Below are positions 10,903-19,019 of a DNA stretch of 64,000 nt, piece after piece. Numbering within the stretch: the stretch's first letter is position 1; each line of letters opens with the position of its first letter. This stretch comes from a virus. Location of the stretch: the IMG/VR virus record IMGVR_UViG_3300020442_001264, positions 20,030 to 84,029 of that record; one strand, written 5' to 3'. The position numbers and the translations under genes were made by a program. The notes under the pieces were generated by a model. The model ran no database searches. It was not told the DNA's origin and saw only the letters and a list, made by a program, of their open reading frames with translations.

Positions 10903-11949
10903 ATGGCAAGTGGTTCAACTTTAACAGTAACAGGCGGAACTAATATGGTGCAAGTCGTAGCAGGTGATACAATTGGTCCTGCAGACTATGACAATATGGT
11001 TGCTAATGTTTACAGACAGTTAGGCACACCAAATGATGTAACATTAGGTACTTATTCATCAAGTAGTACATATGGTTATAATCAATCAACAGGTAGTTTA
11101 AATGCCGCGACTGGCGAAGCCATCAATGCAAGTAGCACAGATAACGGCTACAAAAACCTACAAGACGAAGTTCAAACTCTTGCAACTTTCTTAGGGCATT
11201 CGTTAAACAGTTCAAGTAGTTCAGATTCATCAGCAGGTGATTCAATTACAGCAACTGATTGGAGTAACTTAATGGATGATGTCAAAGATGTATTTGATGC
11301 TAGACATTCTATTCCAGGTAGTAGTTTAACTACAGATGCCGCAGTAACAAGCACAAGAACAACAGGTTGGGGTAGTTCAAGTGAACCAGCAATTTTACAT
11401 CAGTTCACACTTACATTTGCCAACGAAGCGGCTTGTAGAGGTTTCTTTAACAGTGGTGGTGAAGTATTGTTTACCGCTTCAAGAAGTGGTGGAACATCAG
11501 GTAGTAGTGCAGGAACAATTGGTTCTCAAAATTCTAACTGGACATCACTATTAAGTGCAATGGGTACATTAAGATTTAATCTTGACGATTTAGTAAGTTC
11601 AGGATCAACAGGAACAAGTGCTAACAAAGGTTTTTATGAGCTCACAACAAACAACCAACAATTATATATTAAATACGGTTCAGGTGCTTATGCAAGTAAC
11701 TATTATAAAATTGAAGGTAGTGTAAACAGCACAACTAATCCAACAGTTTTAACTTTTAATGTAACAATGAGAGATGACCACGCATTAGGTGATGGTATCG
11801 GTCCTGACGGTATTGACGGTAACAGTGATGATAGCGACGGATACGTTGATGCTGTAGACGGCACAATTCAGAGTGTTATACAAACTAACAGAGCAAACAA
11901 TGGTATTGTCCATGTCGCTCCAAGTAGTGCTACAACAAGTAATTTATAA
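10903..11949 (+). CDS. Ser/Thr/Gly-rich virion structural protein
   Basis: SD AGGAG; motifs FFNSGGEV, NWTSLLSAMG, YASNYYKIE; poly-Ser tract; last gene of the structural module. Confidence 0.65.
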   Translation: MASGSTLTVTGGTNMVQVVAGDTIGPADYDNMVANVYRQLGTPNDVTLGTYSSSSTYGYNQSTGSLNAATGEAINASSTDNGYKNLQDEVQTLATFLGHSLNSSSSSDSSAGDSITATDWSNLMDDVKDVFDARHSIPGSSLTTDAAVTSTRTTGWGSSSEPAILHQFTLTFANEAACRGFFNSGGEVLFTASRSGGTSGSSAGTIGSQNSNWTSLLSAMGTLRFNLDDLVSSGSTGTSANKGFYELTTNNQQLYIKYGSGAYASNYYKIEGSVNSTTNPTVLTFNVTMRDDHALGDGIGPDGIDGNSDDSDGYVDAVDGTIQSVIQTNRANNGIVHVAPSSATTSNL

Positions 11950-11965
11950 TTAAAATACAATTTTT

Positions 11966-11996
11966 AAAGCCAGTTCATCGTAACTGGCTTTTTTTT
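11966..11996 (+). terminator. Rho-independent terminator
   Basis: AAAGCCAGTT-catcgt-AACTGGCTTT stem followed by a T-run. Confidence 0.85.
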
Positions 11997-12000
11997 GACT

Positions 12001-12008
12001 GGTAAATA
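12001..12008 (+). promoter_or_regulatory. Late-promoter-like element GGTAAATA, 5 nt before ATG 12014
   Basis: TAAATA at 12003-12008, then CAGTT, then ATG; immediately after the terminator; no SD. Confidence 0.7.
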
Positions 12009-12013
12009 CAGTT

Positions 12014-12376
12014 ATGTCGTCTAAACTAGAAAAAGCACTCGAATTCGCTAATTATCGTACAACTTTAAATGTACAGCACAATGCCTTAAAAGCAAAAGTG
12101 CAAACATTATTAAGTTATAGCATAAACGGTGGAACATTTGAAATATCGCAAGAACTGATTTCTTTTATCAAATTACTATTAGATAAAGAGTATACTGATG
12201 CAGTACTTTTAGATACTTATAATAATCCTATACAAATAGAAAATCTAGACGACTTCTTAGAGGAGATTTTATCAAGATACTTTGAAGCAGTAAATGAATA
12301 TCATGCTGAATATCAAAAAATAAGAAAAGCAAGAAAAGTACACAAATTGATAGATTTAAATTTAGATGACTCATAA
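12014..12376 (+). CDS. Conserved hypothetical phage protein
   Basis: 120 aa; LEKALEFANYR, NGGTFEI; first gene of the modification block. Confidence 0.7.
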   Translation: MSSKLEKALEFANYRTTLNVQHNALKAKVQTLLSYSINGGTFEISQELISFIKLLLDKEYTDAVLLDTYNNPIQIENLDDFLEEILSRYFEAVNEYHAEYQKIRKARKVHKLIDLNLDDS

Positions 12377-13061
12377 TTATATATTTGATGTAGACGGCAC
12401 ACTTACACCTAGCAGAGGTTCAATAGACCCAACATTCTATAAACAATTTTTACAGTTTGCAAAAACACACAGAGTATTTCTAGTTACAGGCAGTGACAAA
12501 ATGAAAACTGTAGAACAAATAGGATTAGAGATTTATAATACTTGTATGCAAGTATTTAATTGCAGTGGTAATGATATCTATTATGGGGATAAACAATTAT
12601 ATAAAAATAATTGGAAACTGCCCCAGGCGGCTAAAGACTGGCTAACAGTAAAATTAAATGAAAGCGAATATCCTATTAGAACAGGTTTACATTTTGAAAA
12701 CAGAACAGGTATGTGTAACTTTAGTGTAGTAGGCAGACATGCAGACCAAGAACAACGCAAAGACTATTATGCATACGATTGTATCGAAAAAGAACGAGAG
12801 AAAATATCACAGGAATTTAATTTAATGTTTCCAAAACTACAAGCAGATGTAGGTGGTGAAACAGGCATAGATGTTTTTCAAAAAGGTAAAAACAAAGCAC
12901 AGGTATTGCAATATTTTAGTAATCCAGAAACAATAAAATTTTATGGTGATAGAACAGATCCTGCAGGAAACGATTATTCTATTGCTTGTCTATTAGAACC
13001 TCATCAAGTCTATGCTGTCTCAGATTGGAAACATACATCGGAGTTATTAAAAAATGAGTAA
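12366..13061 (+). CDS. HAD-IIB hydrolase, eukaryotic-type phosphomannomutase family
   Basis: FDVDGTLTPSR motif I, VTGSD, RTGMCNFSVVGR, IDVF.KG.NK, FYGDRT.P.GNDY. Confidence 0.85.
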   Translation: MTHNYIFDVDGTLTPSRGSIDPTFYKQFLQFAKTHRVFLVTGSDKMKTVEQIGLEIYNTCMQVFNCSGNDIYYGDKQLYKNNWKLPQAAKDWLTVKLNESEYPIRTGLHFENRTGMCNFSVVGRHADQEQRKDYYAYDCIEKEREKISQEFNLMFPKLQADVGGETGIDVFQKGKNKAQVLQYFSNPETIKFYGDRTDPAGNDYSIACLLEPHQVYAVSDWKHTSELLKNE

Positions 13062-13944
13062 AGGTTTTTTGATGTTTGCTCATAACAACAATGAGATTGA
13101 TTACCTAAAACTTGCTGTGGTAAATGCTTTACTTATAAAACAAAATTGTGATATACATGATATCACAGTGGTAACAAATCAGCACAGTTATGATTATACT
13201 GTAGAACAATTAGGAAAAGATTTTGTACATAATGCAATATCTAATATTGTAATTACAGAAAAAGATAAAGACTTTAAACGTGCAAATCAAAGACTATATA
13301 AAGATACCAGTCATACAAGCAAAGCATTGCCCTTCTACAACGTGGATAGATGCGATGCATACAATATATCACCTTATGACGAAACGTTGCTTATTGATGC
13401 TGATTATTTAATTTTGAGCAACAGTTTAAACAGTTGTTGGGGACATGAAAATGAATTAATGATGAATTGGTCATATCAAGATATCATGTCAGAACGAGAT
13501 GACCCGACATTAAAAAGATTAAGCCCAACAGGAATAACAATGTATTGGGCAACAGTAGTGTATTTTCGAAAAACAGATTTTGCAAAACAATTTTTTAAAA
13601 CAGTTGCACATGTAAGAGATCATAGAGAATTTTACCAAGATGTTTACAAATGGCCCGGCAATTTATACAGGAATGATTACAGTTTCAGTGTTGCCGCACA
13701 TATGATGAGTGGTTTTGTAGACAAAGGTATACCACAACTTCCAGTCCCCTATCTGTATAAAACTTTTGATACAGATGATATTCATAGTGCTCCGGCACCA
13801 AATGAACTCATTTTTTATCTTGAGAAACCCAAAAGTTTAGGCGACTTTATGTTATGCAGATGGAGTGGGCTGGATATCCATGTAATGAATAAATGGGCAA
13901 TAAATAGAACTAGTAATGTATTAATGGAGTATGCAAATGTATAA
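13054..13944 (+). CDS. GT-A-fold (GT8-like) glycosyltransferase-like protein
   Basis: SPYDETLLIDADY (DxD), YRNDYSFS, HVMNK; paralog of 15800. Confidence 0.6.
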   Translation: MSKGFLMFAHNNNEIDYLKLAVVNALLIKQNCDIHDITVVTNQHSYDYTVEQLGKDFVHNAISNIVITEKDKDFKRANQRLYKDTSHTSKALPFYNVDRCDAYNISPYDETLLIDADYLILSNSLNSCWGHENELMMNWSYQDIMSERDDPTLKRLSPTGITMYWATVVYFRKTDFAKQFFKTVAHVRDHREFYQDVYKWPGNLYRNDYSFSVAAHMMSGFVDKGIPQLPVPYLYKTFDTDDIHSAPAPNELIFYLEKPKSLGDFMLCRWSGLDIHVMNKWAINRTSNVLMEYANV

Positions 13945-15280
13945 ATTATTACAACCATGGACTCCCGACTTTAATGCTAAGTATAGAGATATTTTTTATC
14001 TAGGTGAAAATCGACATAAGATAAGCATGAACAGTATGGACCACAGTCCTATAACAGATTTGAAACAACTTGGCTTTGATATAAAATATAGAAATAAAAT
14101 TCAAGGTGAACATTTTTTAAAATTTCTAATTGAACAAAATGCACAAAAAAATAGTATAACTTATGTAATGAATTTTGCATTAAGTGTGTACCCGTGGTAT
14201 GACTCAGGATCTGAGTTAAAAGATATTATAGAAAGTTTTTCTAGTGTTAAAGGCTTTGATAATTTAAAATGGCGGTTTGCAAACACATGGGATTTATATT
14301 GCATGGAAGAAGAACAAGATAGATTAAATTGGTTTTTAGAATCAACTAGTAAACTTAAACAAGAAAATATTATTATGGATTTAGTAAATTTTGATATAGT
14401 TGATTTATATAAAGAACATTTACCCAAAGCAGATATTAATTACAAAAGTGTGTATTTTTCAAACTTAGTACTTTGTAATATGAGAGGCAGAGATGTTTAT
14501 GAACCAACTTTAGACAAACGGGAAAAGCATGTTTTAACTTTTAATAATATTGTAAAGACACACAGAAATGCAATAGTCGATTTATGTGCTGAGCATGATG
14601 ATAAGACACTTTATAGTTATATAGGTAGAGATATTTTGTTGGACTCTGAAGAATGGGAATTGTTTGATAAAAATTATACTGCTGGTCCTCATATGGGTTT
14701 ACTATGGAGACCTCCATACAAATTAATAAATTCTGCTTACACACTTATTAGTACTGAGACATTTTTTGAAGACGACAGAACTTACAATTTTGACGACACA
14801 CGTCGAAGGTCAGCATTCGATAGAAGTCAGAATTGGGAATTATCAGATGATTTCGAAGGCAAACACAGAGAAAGTGTTGTGTTAAACAAAAACGTTAAAT
14901 ATGCATACATAACAGAAAAAAGTTTTAAATCTGCATTTTTTAAATTGCCTATGATTATTTGTGGTTTGCAAGGAAGTTTAAAAACTTGGCACAGGTTAGG
15001 CTTTGAAAGTTTTCCTGAGTTTTTTGATGAACAATATGATACTATTACAAATGCAGACGAAAGATTAGAAAAAGTTAAAAGTGAAATTTTAAAAATAATC
15101 AATATGGACACAAACGACTTACATGAGTTATACCATAGTAAAATTGTTCAAGAAAAATTAGAACATAATCAACAACAATTTTTTAAACATTATTTAAACG
15201 ATTTTAAATATCACACATTTAACTATAAACAGAATGTTCATCCGTTAATGGATAAAATTATGGAACAATCTGATGCGTAA
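13937..15280 (+). CDS. Glycosyltransferase-like protein with GT10/fucosyltransferase-type TEK motif
   Basis: ISTET...YITEKSFKS..KLPMI...LGFESFPEFFDEQYD...HN; paralog of 26016, 27331 and 28455. Confidence 0.55.
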   Translation: MYKLLQPWTPDFNAKYRDIFYLGENRHKISMNSMDHSPITDLKQLGFDIKYRNKIQGEHFLKFLIEQNAQKNSITYVMNFALSVYPWYDSGSELKDIIESFSSVKGFDNLKWRFANTWDLYCMEEEQDRLNWFLESTSKLKQENIIMDLVNFDIVDLYKEHLPKADINYKSVYFSNLVLCNMRGRDVYEPTLDKREKHVLTFNNIVKTHRNAIVDLCAEHDDKTLYSYIGRDILLDSEEWELFDKNYTAGPHMGLLWRPPYKLINSAYTLISTETFFEDDRTYNFDDTRRRSAFDRSQNWELSDDFEGKHRESVVLNKNVKYAYITEKSFKSAFFKLPMIICGLQGSLKTWHRLGFESFPEFFDEQYDTITNADERLEKVKSEILKIINMDTNDLHELYHSKIVQEKLEHNQQQFFKHYLNDFKYHTFNYKQNVHPLMDKIMEQSDA

Positions 15281-15449
15281 GAAAAAACCACCTAAGTTAG
15301 GAGATTACATTGAGCATACTTGTAGACTTAACGGCACTTTTCAAGGCACAGTAGTACAACTATTAGGTATGCAATTTGTTTACGAAACAGGAGACGGCAA
15401 CACACGTTTTTGTTTATATAGAGAAGAGTGGAAACACATAGAGGAATAA
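15273..15449 (+). CDS. Small hypothetical protein (58 aa, not in ORF track)
   Basis: MRKKKPPKLGDYIEHTCRLNGTFQG...; fills the gap and overlaps the upstream stop. Confidence 0.55.
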   Translation: MRKKKPPKLGDYIEHTCRLNGTFQGTVVQLLGMQFVYETGDGNTRFCLYREEWKHIEE

Positions 15450-15451
15450 CA

Positions 15452-15799
15452 ATGGAAGATTTTATTATTACATTAATTGTTTTAGGTCTATTGGCTGGCG
15501 CAATATATCTTAATGTAGTATTACAAGATACTAAAGCAATGGATATAATGAAAAAAATATTTTGGCCTTTGATTAAATTAAAAGAATGGGTTGACCCAAA
15601 CCACTGGGCAAATAAATTAGGCGAAAAGAGTGGTGCTTATGACAAAGCAAGAAACAGCAAAATAAGAAAATGGGGCGACAGTCTAGAAGGCTGGAGATGG
15701 TGGACTTGGCAAATTGTAGGTGGTGGAATTACACTTTTGATAATTGAATTCTTACTTAACATCACAATTGGCTATTCAATTCTACCTTGGAGATGGTAA
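15452..15799 (+). CDS. Hypothetical membrane protein
   Basis: SD GAGGA before ATG 15452; N- and C-terminal hydrophobic helices; Trp-rich. Confidence 0.6.
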   Translation: MEDFIITLIVLGLLAGAIYLNVVLQDTKAMDIMKKIFWPLIKLKEWVDPNHWANKLGEKSGAYDKARNSKIRKWGDSLEGWRWWTWQIVGGGITLLIIEFLLNITIGYSILPWRW

Positions 15800-16663
15800 T
15801 TGAGTAAAGGTTATATAGTAATAGCACAAAACAATGATACTGTGGATTATCTAGAACAGGCGTATGCTCTTGCTTTAAATTTAAAACTCACACAGAGTAC
15901 TGTAAGTAATCTAACAGTATGTGTAGATCCTAAGACTAAGTCGATGATTACACAAAAACATAAAAACGTTTTTGATAAAATTGTTGATATACCATGGACT
16001 GACAATGCCGCAGATGCAGAATGGAAAATTAATAACAAATGGAAATACTATTATATGACACCATATGATGAGACTGTTATACTAGACACTGATATGATAT
16101 TTCCGTTTGATGTAAGCAATTGGTGGGAACATCTAAGTACTAAAGATGTTTGGGCATGTACTAATGTAAAAACATATCGTAATGAGTTAGTAGATGATAT
16201 GTATTATAGATTAGATATGAAAAGAAATAAAATGCCAAATGTTTATACAGCATTTTTCTATTTTAAGAAAAGTGATACAGCAACAGAATTATTTAAAATG
16301 ATACAAATTATTTTTGAGAATTGGGAGAGGTTTTATTTTAAATATATGCCTAAAGGTAAACCTGACTGGCTAAGTGCAGATGTGGCATACAGTCTAGCAA
16401 TACAATTATTGGGTATAGAAGATAAATGTACTATGGATCATATAGAAGATTTACCTACGTTTATACATATGAAAAGTTTTGTGCAAAATATAGCAACAAG
16501 CGAAATAGAAGAAGATTGGACTAAGAGTATACCAACATATTATAAAAGTTATAAAGATTTTAAAATAGGAAATTTTCAAATTACATATCCTTTTCACTAT
16601 GTGCAAAAGGATTGGATGACAAAAGATAAAATACAGCAGATGGAAATAGAGGTCAATAAATGA
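15800..16663 (+). CDS. GT-A-fold (GT8-like) glycosyltransferase-like protein
   Basis: TTG start; TPYDETVILDTD (DxD), PNVYTAFFYF, SADVAY, FIHMK, PFHY; paralog of 13054. Confidence 0.6.
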   Translation: MSKGYIVIAQNNDTVDYLEQAYALALNLKLTQSTVSNLTVCVDPKTKSMITQKHKNVFDKIVDIPWTDNAADAEWKINNKWKYYYMTPYDETVILDTDMIFPFDVSNWWEHLSTKDVWACTNVKTYRNELVDDMYYRLDMKRNKMPNVYTAFFYFKKSDTATELFKMIQIIFENWERFYFKYMPKGKPDWLSADVAYSLAIQLLGIEDKCTMDHIEDLPTFIHMKSFVQNIATSEIEEDWTKSIPTYYKSYKDFKIGNFQITYPFHYVQKDWMTKDKIQQMEIEVNK

Positions 16664-17226
16664 GAAATAAAATAGCATTAAGTATGGCAAAGTTTTTTAG
16701 ATTTTTTGCTGATACATTTTTTGCACAAAGATATGGACATAGAGCAGTAGTATTAGAAACTGTAGCAGGTGTGCCTGGTATGGTTGCAGGCATGTGGTTA
16801 CATTTTAAAAGTCTGCGTAAAATGAAAACAGGCTATGGACCTGACATAAGAGAAATGTTAGCAGAAGCAGAAAATGAAAGAATGCATTTGATGTTCTTTA
16901 TAGAAATAGCACAACCAAATTGGTTTGAAAGAGCATTAGTGTTAATTGCACAGATAACATTCATGATTTATTATTTTTTACTTTACATACTAAGTTATAG
17001 ATTAGCACACAAAATGATTGCATACTTTGAAGAAGAGGCAGTAAAAAGTTATACAGATTATCTTGCTCTTGTAGAAAGTGGACAAGTAGAAAATGTTCCT
17101 GCTCCACAGTTAGCAATAGATTATTATAAAATGAAAAAGAATGCAAAACTATCTGACTTAATAAAAAAAGTTAGAGCAGATGAAGAACATCATAGTAAAG
17201 TAAATCACAGGTACGCAGATGGATAA
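16660..17226 (+). CDS. aox: Alternative oxidase (di-iron ubiquinol oxidase)
   Basis: All AOX motifs are present: LETVAGVPGMV, EAENERMHL, EEEA..SY, RADEEHH. Confidence 0.93.
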   Translation: MRNKIALSMAKFFRFFADTFFAQRYGHRAVVLETVAGVPGMVAGMWLHFKSLRKMKTGYGPDIREMLAEAENERMHLMFFIEIAQPNWFERALVLIAQITFMIYYFLLYILSYRLAHKMIAYFEEEAVKSYTDYLALVESGQVENVPAPQLAIDYYKMKKNAKLSDLIKKVRADEEHHSKVNHRYADG

Positions 17227-17824
17227 TTTAACACCAGGTGAACGTCTTGCCCTATTAAAAGAAGAAAAAGGCAACCTAGCAGAAGCTCAAAAAGAGATGA
17301 TTGCTTTTACCTATATTGTATATGACGAAGACGGTAATATACATTATAAAGGTATTACAAAACCAGATATGTCTACATATGATGACAGTTTTAAATTTTA
17401 TAAGTTTAATACATCAGATGTAAGAATTATAGATTCTCAAGGACAAAGTATGGCACAATTTTTAATAGAAGAAGATGAGCATGATGTATGCCATATAAAA
17501 TTAAAAACAATAGAGTCAACAAAAATACGAGCAAACAGAGATTTCTTAACAGAAATAACCAGCACAGATGACGATTATGATGTGATGTTTGGGTATACTG
17601 CAGATGACTGGGTGATATCTATACGTGAAAATTTAAAACTCAAACAGCAATTAAGTTTTTATATAACACCTATAAAAGAACCTCATATACTTTTAGAACG
17701 TGTTGCAGTACCATTAGAACTATTTGCCGATGATAATATTGTATTAATAAAACGAAAAAATAAAATATCAGAAAACTTCAGTATTTACACTCACAAGAAT
17801 TTTGACAAGTACTCTAGAATTTAA
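17219..17824 (+). CDS. Hypothetical protein
   Basis: 201-aa ORF overlapping the aox stop. Confidence 0.6.
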   Translation: MDNLTPGERLALLKEEKGNLAEAQKEMIAFTYIVYDEDGNIHYKGITKPDMSTYDDSFKFYKFNTSDVRIIDSQGQSMAQFLIEEDEHDVCHIKLKTIESTKIRANRDFLTEITSTDDDYDVMFGYTADDWVISIRENLKLKQQLSFYITPIKEPHILLERVAVPLELFADDNIVLIKRKNKISENFSIYTHKNFDKYSRI

Positions 17825-17865
17825 GATAAATATGTGCGTAGTTAACACAACAGGACGCACATATG
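17825..17865 (+). promoter_or_regulatory. Late-promoter-like element within the 5' arm of a hairpin that pairs the start codon
   Basis: TAAATA at 17827-17832. ATATGTGCGT (17830-39) is the exact reverse complement of ACGCACATAT (17855-64), which overlaps the end of the SD AGGA and the ATG at 17863. Confidence 0.7.
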
Positions 17866-18861
17866 GCAAAACTAGACGTTACAGAACTAGACATATTTTA
17901 TATTTCATACGATGAACCAAACTGTGAAGAACATTGGTCAGATTTACTAAACAAAGTACCTTGGGCTAAACGTGTTCATGGAGTAAAAGGTTTCGACGCC
18001 GCACATAAAGAATGTGCAAATCAATCAGAAACAGATAGATTTATCACCGTAGACGGTGACAACATTGTCATGCCTGATTTTTTTGAACAAGTACTAGACA
18101 TTCCTGATACTGACCACGATGGTAATAACATTGCAGAAAGTATTTTTAGTTGGAACGGCAAAAACATTTTAAACGGTTTAGTGTATGGAAATGGCGGACT
18201 AAAGTGTTGGCCTACAGAATACACAAAAACAATACACACTCACGAAGCCGCCACTGACGGTGAAGGTATGGAGTTTTGTTGGAAACTTAACTACATACAA
18301 CTAAATGATACATTTAGCGAAGTACATCAAACAGCCAGTCCATTCCAAGCCTTTAGAGCCGGCTTTCGTGAAGGTGTTAAAATGAGTTTGGATGAAGGCA
18401 CAAGAATAAAACCAGATGAGTTTAAAGAAAGAGTCTGGTGGCAGAACTATAATAGATTGCAAACATGGTGCAACATAGGAAGTGATGTTGAAAATGGATT
18501 ATGGGCAATTTATGGTGCTAGACTAGGTTGTAAAATGACAGTACTAAGTGATTGGGATACTAACTTGATATCAGATTATGATTGGTTTAAAGACTTTTTT
18601 AATAATGATGTTCTTCCACGTTTCCCAGGAGATGAGGTTTGTCGATACACAAAAGTTAATTGGAACAAGGAAATGTTGTACATAGGAATACAAGATTTAG
18701 GTGTAGAACTTAATGATAACATAAACGAAATGATGTTGTTTGATCCTAATGAGCAAATGTGTAAATTCTTTAAAAAGACTTATGTGAATCCAAGACGTTG
18801 GGGTGTAATGATTAGAGAAAAACAAATCCAAGATTTATTGGAGAAAGGATTAATTCAATGA
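17863..18861 (+). CDS. GT-A-like (nucleotide-diphospho-sugar transferase-like) phage protein
   Basis: DIFYISYDEP, GVKGFDAAHK, ITVDGDN (DxD), YGNGGLK, AFRAGFREGVKM; homologous to the C-terminal unit of 43325. Confidence 0.6.
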   Translation: MAKLDVTELDIFYISYDEPNCEEHWSDLLNKVPWAKRVHGVKGFDAAHKECANQSETDRFITVDGDNIVMPDFFEQVLDIPDTDHDGNNIAESIFSWNGKNILNGLVYGNGGLKCWPTEYTKTIHTHEAATDGEGMEFCWKLNYIQLNDTFSEVHQTASPFQAFRAGFREGVKMSLDEGTRIKPDEFKERVWWQNYNRLQTWCNIGSDVENGLWAIYGARLGCKMTVLSDWDTNLISDYDWFKDFFNNDVLPRFPGDEVCRYTKVNWNKEMLYIGIQDLGVELNDNINEMMLFDPNEQMCKFFKKTYVNPRRWGVMIREKQIQDLLEKGLIQ

Positions 18862-19019
18862 AAACAGGTTGGACAATATGGAAATATGCCATAGGTTCAT
18901 TCAGTGATGAGAAAACAAAAGACTATGACAATTACGTTGCAGTAATAAGAACATTTGTAGTTTTAGTAAACGTTGTTTGTGCATTTTTTATTATGGCAAA
19001 CATCATACATAATTGGTAA
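18858..19019 (+). CDS. Small membrane protein (53 aa, not in ORF track)
   Basis: MKTGWTIWKYAIGSFSDEKTKDYDNYVAVIRT...; ATGA overlap upstream and TAATG overlap downstream. Confidence 0.65.
   Translation: MKTGWTIWKYAIGSFSDEKTKDYDNYVAVIRTFVVLVNVVCAFFIMANIIHNW

Noticed and set aside
972-11354. Numerous - strand ORFs (e.g. 3081-3482, 6669-7169, 7533-8036)
   Set aside because: Antisense shadows of long + strand genes; no motifs or RBS.
16660-17226. PTOX (cyanophage-type) assignment
   Set aside because: The motifs ETVAGVPGMV and ENERMHL are AOX-type; no photosynthesis genes in the window.
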